Part shown: piece by piece, positions 53,748 through 64,000 of the stretch
Layout of the letters: every line of letters starts with the position of its first letter
Numbering within the stretch: the first letter of the stretch is position 1
NCBI GenBank assembly: GCA_964016885.1
Contig: OZ024764.1
Span: forward strand, 17,112,001-17,176,000
From: Eledone cirrhosa
Lineage: Eukaryota
Direction: 5' to 3'
DNA length: 64,000 bases
Notes under the pieces: model-generated
Seen by the model: only the letters and a program-made list of their open reading frames with translations
Databases searched by the model: none
What the model was told of the DNA's origin: nothing
Position numbers and translations under genes: made by a program

Positions 53748-54088
53748 GGAGGCACATGGCTTAGTGGTTAGAGCATTGGCCTTGCAATCGAAAGGTTGTG
53801 AGTTCAATTCTCAGACCGGGTGATGTGTTGTTTCCTTGAGCAAGGCACTTTATTTCACATTGCTCCAGTTTACTCAGCTGTAGAAATGAGATGATAGGGA
53901 CTGGGGTCCCTATCATTCCACTGCAAAGTGGTCGTGGAGGTGCCACGGCAAAAAAACACCCAGCACTCACTGTAAATGAGGTTGGTGTTAGGAAGGGCAT
54001 CCAGCTGTAGAAATCAAGCCAGAATCAGTTCCCGTCCCACCCTTGCAAGCAGGGAAAAGTGGACGTAAAATGAAATGATGAATGATGA

Positions 54089-54090
<2 letters not shown>
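53748..54090 (+). mobile_element. SINE family 1, full-length (5'-truncated copies at 45715 and 59820)
   Basis: Near-identical to 51341-51685. Confidence 0.9.
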
Positions 54091-54130
<40 letters not shown>

Positions 54131-54205
54131 TTAATACATTAACAGAGAAAGCCTTAAGTGACACTCTGACCAACTCCATCTCACTCAACAAACATTAGGA
54201 TATAT

Positions 54206-54264
<59 letters not shown>

Positions 54265-54499
54265 AATATATATACACTACAGCTAACACATACAAACATG
54301 TACTTCCCTGGCATTTGTGTATTATTCTATGTACTATATTGACGAGTTGTAGTGCACCTGAGCACTTTACACAATAATTTCATTATTATTATATGTACAT
54401 ATATACTTATATACACACACACATATATATATATACATAAAAATATACAGCTTGGCTTAGCGTAGCTCTGCCCAGCTCAGCTCAAGGAGATGGTGTAAG

Positions 54500-54612
54500 A
54501 TCACTCATCAGAATGAAATTTTATTTGACTTCAAATAAAATTTCATTCTGATGAGTGATTTCAGACGTCTGTGTCAAGCTTGTTTCTCTTCGTGAAACCT
54601 TTGGTAAATGGA
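54500..54612 (+). ncRNA. Hammerhead-like motif whose 5' part is one arm of a 29-bp perfect palindrome
   Basis: ttcatt CTGATGA ... GAAA cc-ttt-gg TA aatgga. Stem II is irregular. Palindrome at 54500-54559. Confidence 0.5.
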
Positions 54613-54697
54613 GTAATTGTCTTATGTTGTTTATTACATAACTATATAGTTCTGTAGCCTACATAGAGTACTCTCCTTTACTTTTCCTATGGAAACA

Positions 54698-54729
<32 letters not shown>

Positions 54730-54852
54730 ATATAGACATCACGTGGAAATTAATGTGGTCTGGTGTGTTATGTAATATATTGAACATACCTTTGTGCATA
54801 TATATATGAGAAATGTTATATAATACACACACACATGCATATATACATATGC

Positions 54853-54907
<55 letters not shown>

Positions 54908-55273
54908 ATGCTAGTGTGGAAGATGGACGTTAAACGATGATGATGATAATGGTGATATATATAGTAGCTGAGGTACCCGGTAATACCCGGGAGTGGGGAT
55001 ATTCCCAGTCCCCATTAAAATGCCCAGTGCCTCTCAGACTAAAAATGAAATCAAAATATAGGACAGATAATCAAAAGTGAAGACAAATTCATTTACGAAA
55101 CAATAATACAAACAACTATTGTTGATTACATTGGTCAGGTGAAAAAATGTTTGTCAGAGAAGTTGAGTGTTGCTATAAGGAAACAAATAGAACCCCCATT
55201 AGGGTGTCTTAATATTATTAAAATTTACTGAAATTTTGTGAATAGGCATCATATCTTGTCATTTACCTATGGT

Positions 55274-56088
55274 TTAACCCTTTAATGTTCAAACTGGCCC
55301 AAACCGGCCAGAATTCTCTACCTCTTTCTGTTCAAACTAGCAGTAACCTGTCATTCAAACTGATGTTAAGATATTGTTTTCAAAATAAATACTTTCAAAA
55401 TCTCATAGATTTGATATTATGTGAGGTAAAGCCTTTACTGTGACAATACAATAGTATATATAGAGTAATGTAGATGTTATGTAAGGTAAAGCCTTTACTG
55501 TGAAAATACAATAGTATATATAGAGTAATGTAAATGTTATGTAAGGTAAAGCCTTTACTGTGAAAATACAATAGTATATATAGAGTAATGTAAATGTTAT
55601 GTAAGGTAAAGCCTTTACTGTGAAAATACAATAGTATATATAGAGTAATGTAAATGTTATGTAAGGTAAAGCCTTTACTGTGAAAATACAATAGTATATA
55701 TAGAGTAATGTAAATGTTATGTAAGGTAAAGCCTTTACTGTGAAAATACAATAGTATATATAGAGTAATGTAAATGTTATGTAAGGTAAAGCCTTTACTG
55801 TGAAAATACAATAGTATATATAGAGTAATGTAAATGTTATGTAAGGTAAAGCCTTTACTGTGAAAATACAATAGTATATATAGAGTAATGTAAATGTTAT
55901 GTAAGGTAAAGCCTTTACTGTGAAAATACAATAGTATATATAGAGTAATGTAAATGTTATGTAAGGTAAAGCCTTTACTGTGAAAATACAATAGTATATA
56001 TAGAGTAATGTAAATGTTATGTAAGGTAAAGCCTTTACTGTGAAAATACAATAGTATATATAGAGTAATGTAAATACAAAAGGGTTAA
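55274..56088. mobile_element. piggyBac-like MITE with a 60-bp variant unit repeated about 11 times
   Basis: TTAA-CCCTTT ... AAAGGG-TTAA. Identical 60-nt lines from 55501 to 56040. Confidence 0.87.
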
Positions 56089-56244
56089 ACAACCACTTCC
56101 AGCAGAACAATAAGGCTGTCAGGTTATATAACGACAGGTAAGACAGGTGACTATATTAATTATAGGACAAAGAAACAGAAAAAATATAGAAAATAAAATA
56201 TAAAGAAATAAAAAAAACCCGAAAACCACTGAACCACAGAATTG

Positions 56245-56466
56245 TACTTACTACTACTGCCACTACTACTACTACTACCACTACTACTACTACTACTACT
56301 GCTGCCACTACTACCACTACTACTACTGCTGCCACTACTACTACTACTGCCACTACTGCTGCCACTACTACCACTACTACTACTACTGCCACTACTACTA
56401 CTACTACCACCACTACTACTACTACTACCACTACTACTAGTACTTCTACTACTACTGCCACTACTA

Positions 56467-56522
<56 letters not shown>

Positions 56523-56598
56523 GCCACTACTACTACTACTACTACTACTACTGCCACTACTGCCACTACTATTACTACTACCACTACTACTGGTACTT

Positions 56599-56642
<44 letters not shown>

Positions 56643-56745
56643 GCCACCACCGCCACCACCACCACCACCACTACTACTACCACTACTGGTACTACTGCTA
56701 CCACCACCACCACCACCACCATCATCATCTCCACCACCACCACTG
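56245..56745. repeat. (ACT)n/(ACC)n trinucleotide microsatellite
   Basis: Directly visible. Confidence 0.93.
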
Positions 56746-56789
56746 TCCAGAATAATCACCACCTAACCCAACATCATCATCACCAGCAC

Positions 56790-58305
56790 ATCACCTTATA
56801 TAACACCACCACCACCACCACACCAGCCATCACCACCATCACACCACACCGCGTCACCTTATATAACACCACCACCACCACCACCACAACCACCACCACA
56901 CCGCGTCACCTTATATAACACCATCACACCACCACACCACCACAACCACCACCACCACCACCACCACACCAGCCACCACCACAACCACCATCACACCACC
57001 ACATCACATCACCTTATATAACACCACCACCACCATCACACCACCACCACCACACCGCGTCACCTTATATAACACCACCACCACCACCACCACGACAACC
57101 ACCACACCACCACGTCACCTTATATAACACCACCACCACCACCACACCACCACCACACCAGCCACAACCACCATCACACCACCACAACCACCACGACAAC
57201 CACCACACCACCACGTCACCTTATATAACACCACCACCACCACCACACCACCACAACCACCACGACAACCACCACCACACCGCGTCACCTTATATAACAC
57301 CACCACCACGACAACCACCACCATCACACCACCACACCGCGTCACCTTATATAACACCACCACCACCACCACACCACGACAACCACCACCACACCGCGTC
57401 ACCTTATATAACACCACCACCACCACCACGACAACCACCACCATCACACCACCACACCGCGTCACCTTATATAACACCACCACCACCACCACACCACGAC
57501 AACCACCACCACACCGCGTCACCTTATATAACACCACCACCACCACCACCACACCAGCCACCACCACAACCACCATCACACCACCACATCACATCACCTT
57601 ATATAACACCACCACCACCATCACACCACCACAACCACCACGACAACCACCACCACACCGCGTCACCTTATATAACACCACCACCACCACCACCACCACC
57701 ACCACACCAGCCACCACCACAACCACCATCACACCACCACATCACATCACCTTATATAACACCACCACCACCATCACACCACCACAACCACCACGACAAC
57801 CACCACCACACCGCGTCTCCTTATATAACACCACCACCACACCACCACCACGACAACCACCACCACACCGCGTCACCTTATATAACACCACCACCATCAC
57901 ACCACCACATCACATCACCTTATATAACACCACCACCACCACCATCACACCACCACACCAGCCACCACCAACACACCACTACCACACCGCGTCACCTTAT
58001 ATAACACCACCACCATCACACGACCACCACCACCACCATCACACCACCACACCAGCCACCACCACCACACTGCGTCACCTTATATAACACCACCATCACA
58101 ACCACCACCACACCGCGTCACCTTATATAACACCACCACCACTACCACCACCACTACCACCACCACCACCATCACACCACCACACCAGCCACCACCAACA
58201 CACACTACCACACCAACTACCCCCACTACACTACCACCACCACCACCACCACACCAACTACCCCCACTACACTACCACCACCACCACCACCACACCTGCC
58301 ACAAC
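56790..58305. repeat. CAC-rich minisatellite with conserved core (CGCG)TCACCTTATATAACA, about 21 copies
   Basis: The core recurs with variable (CAC)n spacers. Confidence 0.9.
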
Positions 58306-58310
58306 CACGT

Positions 58311-58350
58311 TATATAAGACAGCCAGAAATAGGCAGAACCGAATCAGAAG
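58311..58350 (+). promoter_or_regulatory. Candidate TATA box (TATATAAG) and Inr-like TCAGA of the SOUL-like gene
   Basis: About 200 nt upstream of ATG 58517, at the end of the TATA-containing array. Confidence 0.4.
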
Positions 58351-58516
58351 AGATTGACAACTTTGAGAAGACAGCAGCTATCAACACCCTCAGGAGACCC
58401 AGTCGAAGGCAGACACACAGACAGATAGCAGAACGACAAAAAAGGGGCCGCCCTGCCAAGACAAGAATTTCTTTAGAACATTCTAGATTTTTTCCCAGAA
58501 AAAAACGAGTAAGAAA

Positions 58517-58534
58517 ATGGAGTTTTCATCTAAG
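58517..58534 (+). CDS. Probable first coding exon of the SOUL-like gene (MEFSSK)
   Basis: aaaATGG context and consensus AAG/GTAAGT donor. Phase 0 joins exon 61010 to complete a signal peptide. Confidence 0.62.
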
Positions 58535-58544
58535 GTAAGTTAAT

Positions 58545-58825
58545 TGTTGCTGTTGTTGTTGTTGTTGGTGGTGTTGTTGGTGGTGGTGTTGTTGTTGTTG
58601 GTGGCGGTGTTGGTGGTGTTGTTGTTGGTGGTGGTGGTGTTGTTGTTGTTGTTGGTAGTGGCGCTGTTGCTGTTGTTGTTGGTGGTGGTGCTGTTGTTGG
58701 TGGTGTTGTTGTTGTTGTTGGTGGTGGTGTTGGTGTTGTTGTTGGTGGTGGTGTTGGTGGTGGTGGTGCTGTTGGTGGTGGTGGTGGTGGTGGTGGTGGT
58801 GTTGCTGTTCTTGTTGCTGCTGTTT
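58545..58825. repeat. (GTT/GGT)n microsatellite
   Basis: Directly visible. Confidence 0.9.
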
Positions 58826-59496
58826 TTGGAGTTATTCAACAGTCAACTTATTTCATTTGCTAAATTCTGTGGTAGTTCCAAAGATAGGTTCCAAGTAGCA
58901 TCTACTTTTCTAAAAAAAAGTATATCATACACAAAATGCCAGCACCAACAGTTTTCCAAGAGATGGCAACATCAATGGACCTGTTATTCGGCTCTAAAGA
59001 CTTTTTTTTCCAATTCTGCCCCGTCAATCTTTCTAATTTCTCATCCTATCTTCTCATAGGGCCAGCATCCGAAATGTTAAGACCCTCTTCCTGCTATAAC
59101 AAGTTTTAAACTGATATAAACATTCCATTTAATGTACCTATTGTGTTATTTCTGTTTACCTTTTACACACACACATATATATATATTTATATATTTATAT
59201 ATTTATATATATATCTACTGTCGAATGACTTTCATCAAATTGGACCGAGGGAACAATGTTTCCGTTGGTCTTTCCAATTGCTAATACAATCTATTGGTCG
59301 CAACTCCAGGTAGGAGGAGCAATGTGAAATAAAGTGTCTTGCTCAAGGACATAACACATCGCCCGGTCTGGGAATCGAACTCACAACCTCACGATTGCGA
59401 ATCCAATTCTCTAACCATTCAGCCACACGCCTTCACTTATATATATATCTATGGTTGGTAAATGGCCAATGCTCTAACCACTAAGCCATGTGCCTT

Positions 59497-59568
<72 letters not shown>

Positions 59569-60294
59569 AACTAATAATAATAATAATATTATTATTATTA
59601 TTTATACTCCAGTCCTACAAACTGTAGAGTGCTTCTTATCCGATATCTGCATTGCTTTATTGTACTACAATAAAACTCACCTCCTACATATATATATATC
59701 AGATAGGATGTGGTAAAAACCAGCTAGCTCATAACACACCATCCTTTGCCGAAACTTTAATCTGTTATTTTAATAAATATTTGCTCTAGGGTTCTTATAT
59801 ATTTGATATATATTTCTCCTTGCAATCGAAAGGTTGTGAGTTCAATTCTCAGACCGGGTGATGTGTTGTTTCCTTGAGCAAGACACTTTATTTCACATTG
59901 CTCCAGTTTACTCAGCTGTAGAAATGAGATGATAGGGACTGGGGTCCCTATCATTCCACTGCAAAGTGGTCGTGGAGGTGCCACGGCAAAAAAGCACCCA
60001 GCACTCACTGTAAATGAGGTTGGTGGTTAGGAAGGGCATCCAGCTGTAGATATCAAGCCAGAATCAGTTCCCGTCCCACCCTTGCAATATATATATATAT
60101 ATATATATATATAGTAATCATCATCATCATCATCATTTTACGTCCGCTTTTCCCTGCTTGCAAGGGTGGGACGGGTCTTATTCAGCACAGCATCTTTCCA
60201 TAATATATATATATATATAAATATATAAACTATTCTGGGCTGAATCTGAGGTAACCACAGTAAGTAAGGTACTCAATACATAGCAGAGTATAAA

Positions 60295-60420
60295 TGTTTT
60301 AATATAGAAGAGCTTCTACAGGACTAGAACTGTTTCATTCGTGAGAAATCATCAGGAAGCTCCCTGATGATTTCTCACGAATGAAACAGTTCTAGTCCTG
60401 TAGAATCTCTTCTATTTTAA

Positions 60421-60425
<5 letters not shown>
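60295..60425. ncRNA. Head-to-head palindromic pair of type I hammerhead motifs
   Basis: Minus strand 60362->60310: gagcttc CTGATGA t-ttc-tcac-gaa-t GAAA cag-ttctagtc-ctg TA gaagctc. The mirror copy starts at 60364. Confidence 0.68.
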
Positions 60426-60463
<38 letters not shown>

Positions 60464-61009
60464 GCCTAAATTGCTAGACCGTGAGATTGAACTCAAGACT
60501 ACAGGGCCGTAAAACAACCATATAAATCACAAAGCCACATCAATACTACTTAAGTAATCCTAGGGACCCCATCCCCTGCCCTGCCCCCCATAAACAATAC
60601 AATGATGATTTCTTAATTAAGCTAATTACATGTTAACAACTAATTACTCTGAGTGCTTTTTAACTGTCACAGTTAATTCCACTAATGAGCAGTCTTCTCT
60701 ACTTTCTTTTCTTCTTCAGTTTTTCCTTTGTTCTTAGTTTTTTCCTTCTTTACAGTACGACAATATATCTATATATCTATATATATATATCTATATCTAT
60801 ATATATATATAAACACACACATATATGTATATATGCATGTATCAGTGTGTATATCATGACTCATACATTGTTCATTTTCCTGATATTTGTACATTATTCT
60901 ATGTACTATACATGCACCTTTGATGAGTTGTAGTGCACCTGAGCACTGTACACAATAATTTCATTATTATTATTACTTTTTTTTTAAATTCTATATTTTA
61001 TTTTTTCAG

Positions 61010-61135
61010 GTTGTAGCCGGGTTAGTCCTTTGTGCTGTTGTGTTCCAGCTTTCTAGTTCAGCCCCAGCTGACAACAAACCCAAGATCTGCAGAGACTATG
61101 AATGCCCAAGGTTTACCAATGAAAGCGTCAGCAAT
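61010..61135 (+). CDS. Exon of a secreted SOUL/heme-binding-protein-like gene (VVAGLVLCAVVFQLSSSAPADNKPKICRDYECPRFTNESVSN)
   Basis: Long pyrimidine tract plus cAG acceptor, GTAAGT donor, 126 nt open frame. P-x2-C-x3-ECP-x-F resembles the N-terminus of secreted SOUL proteins (from recall). Confidence 0.7.
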
Positions 61136-61269
61136 GTAAGTGTTTGGTTTTTAGGGCACAGGGGGGAAGGGTGAGGAATAGGTGGCCTCTGGTTAGTTTT
61201 TTAGGAGGTTGTTTGGTTGTTGGAATCCTTGTAATCATAGGGTCATGGGGAGTTATCAAACCAAGGAAA

Positions 61270-63205
61270 CATTGTTTCCTTGGTCTGATCTGATGATCAG
61301 CCCCTTTCTTCTGCCAGGAGTTGTAACTGACAGATAGTATCAGTAATGGAAAGACCAATGGAGACATTGTTTCCGGGGTCTGATCTGATGATCAGCCCCT
61401 TTCTTCTGCCAGGAGTTGTGACTGACAGATAGTATCAGTAATGGAAAGACCAATGGAGACATTGTTTCCTTGGTCTGATCTGATGATCAACTCCTTTCTT
61501 CTGCCAGGAGTTGTAACAGACAGATAGTATCAGTAATGGAAAGACCAATGGAGACATTGTTTCCTTGGTCTGATCTGATGATCAGCCCCTTTCTTCTGCC
61601 AGGAGTTGTGACTGACAGATAGTATCAGTAATGGAAAGACCAATGGAGACATTGTTTCCTTGGTCTGATCTGATGATCAACTCCTTTCTTCTGCCAGGAG
61701 TTGTAACAGACAGATAGTATCAGCAATGGAAAGACCAATGGAGACATTGTTTCCTGGGTCTGATCTGATGATCAGCCCCTTTCTTCTGCCAGGAGTTGTA
61801 ACAGACAGATAGTATCAGCAATGGAAAGACCAATGGAGACATTGTTTCCTGGGTCTGATCTGATGATCAACTCCTTTCTTCTGCCAGGAGTTGTAACAGA
61901 CAGATAGTATCAGCAATGGAAAGACCAATGGAGACATTGTTTCCTTGGTCTGATCTGATGATCAACTCCTTTCTTCTGCCAGGAGTTGTAACTGACAGAT
62001 AGTATCAGCAATGGAAAGACCAATGGAGACATTGTTTCCTTGGTCTGATCTGATGATCAACTCCTTTCTTCTGCCAGGAGTTGTGACTGACAGATAGTAT
62101 CAGTAATGGAAAGACCAATGGACACATTGTTTCCGGGGTCTGATCTGATGATCAACTCCTTTCTTCTGCCAGGAGTTGTAACTGACAGATAGTATCAGTA
62201 ATGGAAAGACCAATGGACACATTGTTTCCGGGGTCTGATCTGATGATCAACTCCTTTCTTCTGCCAGGAGTTGTAACTGACAGATAGTATCAGTAATGGA
62301 AAGACCAATGGACACATTGTTTCCGGGGTCTGATCTGATGATCAACTCCTTTCTTCTGCCAGGAGTTGTAACTGACAGATAGTATCAGTAATGGAAAGAC
62401 CAATGGAGACATTGTTTCCTGGGTCTGATCTGATGATCAGCCCCTTTCTTCTGCCAGGAGTTGTAACTGACAGATAGTATCAGTAATGGAAAGACCAATG
62501 GACACATTGTTTCCTGGGTCTGATCTGATGATCAGCCCCTTTCTTCTGCCAGGAGTTGTGACTGACAGATAGTATCAGTAATGGAAAGACCAATGGACAC
62601 ATTGTTTCCTGGGTCTGATCTGATGATCAGCCCCTTTCTTCTGCCAGGAGTTGTAACTGACAGATAGTATCAGTAATGGAAAGACCAATGGACACATTGT
62701 TTCCTGGGTCTGATCTGATGATCAGCTCCTTTCTTCTGCCAGGAGTTGTAACTGACAGATAGTATCAGTAATGGAAAGACCAATGGAGACATTGTTTCCT
62801 TGGTCTGATCTGATGATCAGCCCCTTTCTTCTGCCAGGAGTTGTAACTGACAGATAGTATCAGTAATGGAAAGACCAATGGAGACATTGTTTCCTGGGTC
62901 TGATCTGATGATCAGCTCCTTTCTTCTGCCAGGAGTTGTAACTGACAGATAGTATCAGTAATGGAAAGACCAATGGACACATTGTTTCCTGGGTCTGATC
63001 TGATGATCAGCTCCTTTCTTCTGCCAGGAGTTGTGACTGACAGATAGTATCAGTAATGGAAAGACCAATGGAGACATTGTTTCCTTGGTCTGATCTGATG
63101 ATCAGCTCCTTTCTTCTGCCAGGAGTTGTGACTGACAGATAGTATCAGCAATGGAAAGACCAATGGAGACATTGTTTCCTGGGTCTGATCTGATGATCAA
63201 CTCCA
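61270..63205. repeat. 95-bp tandem array (about 20 copies)
   Basis: CATTGTTTCC at 61270, 61365 ...; diverged single-copy relatives on the opposite strand at 59240-59315 and 48710-48750. Confidence 0.93.
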
Positions 63206-63597
63206 GGGCGTTTTTGTGGTTTTGATTTTTTGTTAAAGCTTGGTACTCATTTTATCACTCCCTTCTTTTGTATATCAAACTGCTAAGTTACAGAAATTTT
63301 ATACATACATACATATATATATATATCATCATCATCATCATTTTATGTCCGCTTTTCCCTGCTTGCAAGGGTGGGACGGGAACTGATTTTGACTTATGTA
63401 TATATATATATACATATTTATAATATATATATGAATGTATATTTATATACAGACATATATATATATCTATGTACATATCTCTACACATATATTCGGTCAA
63501 GTATGAAATTTGTAGAAAATAAAATAAATTTCTACAAATTTCATACTCGACGATCCAATATATATGTATATATTTATACAAATATATATATATATAT

Positions 63598-63635
<38 letters not shown>

Positions 63636-63965
63636 CTATCTATCTCTCTCTATATATAAATATATGTATAAATGTACATATATATATAAAGAGAGGGATA
63701 TATATAGATAGATATGTATATATATATATGTGTGTATATATATATATACATATCTCTCTCTCTCCCTCTATATATATATATATATATATATAGTATTAGT
63801 TATACTATTTATGGTTATGTAAATACAAAACCTTATGCAGTTATAAGTATTTTACACACACCCTAAATATATATATATATGTATAAATGTATATATATAT
63901 ATAAAGAGAGGGATATATATACATAGATATGTATATATATATATATATGTGTGTATATATATACA

Positions 63966-64000
<35 letters not shown>

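Noticed and set aside
56156-59059. Poly-V, poly-S, poly-L and poly-N/T ORFs
   Set aside because: Trinucleotide microsatellite translations.
61270-63205. Tandem hammerhead (retrozyme) reading of the 95-mer, which contains CTGATGA and GAAA
   Set aside because: The position after the would-be stem III is UG rather than UH, there is no room for stem I, and stem II does not close next to GAAA.

Overview
AT-rich, repeat-dense animal genomic DNA. The tRNA-derived SINEs, RTE LINEs, very long (TA)n/(TG)n tracts and clustered intronless C2H2 zinc-finger ORFs suggest an octopus or other coleoid cephalopod (inference). Coding content: four single-exon C2H2-ZNF ORFs (13936+, 20690-, 26061+, 46618+); two paralogous minus-strand multi-exon genes that the ORF track only shows as fragments, encoding a secreted ~300-aa protein (signal peptide, PAN/apple-like module, Trp/Cys-rich C-terminal domain), with copy B complete (5 exons, 34804->28569, 301 aa) and copy A lacking only its last exon, which lies left of the window; and the first two exons of a secreted SOUL/heme-binding-like gene (58517, 61010). 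Non-coding highlights: about ten hand-foldable type-I hammerhead ribozyme motifs from several unrelated short repeat families (probably Penelope-like or retrozyme remnants). Several lie in fold-back palindromes, and one homologous repeat copy breaks off at the predicted cleavage site. There are also many minisatellite arrays grown out of SINE, LINE and piggyBac-like MITE fragments (48, 60/72, 64, 65, 80, 95, 116 bp units), a ~3.4-kb quasi-palindrome upstream of gene A, and an array of TATA-containing units upstream of the SOUL-like gene. All alignments and folds were done by eye; no database searches were run.
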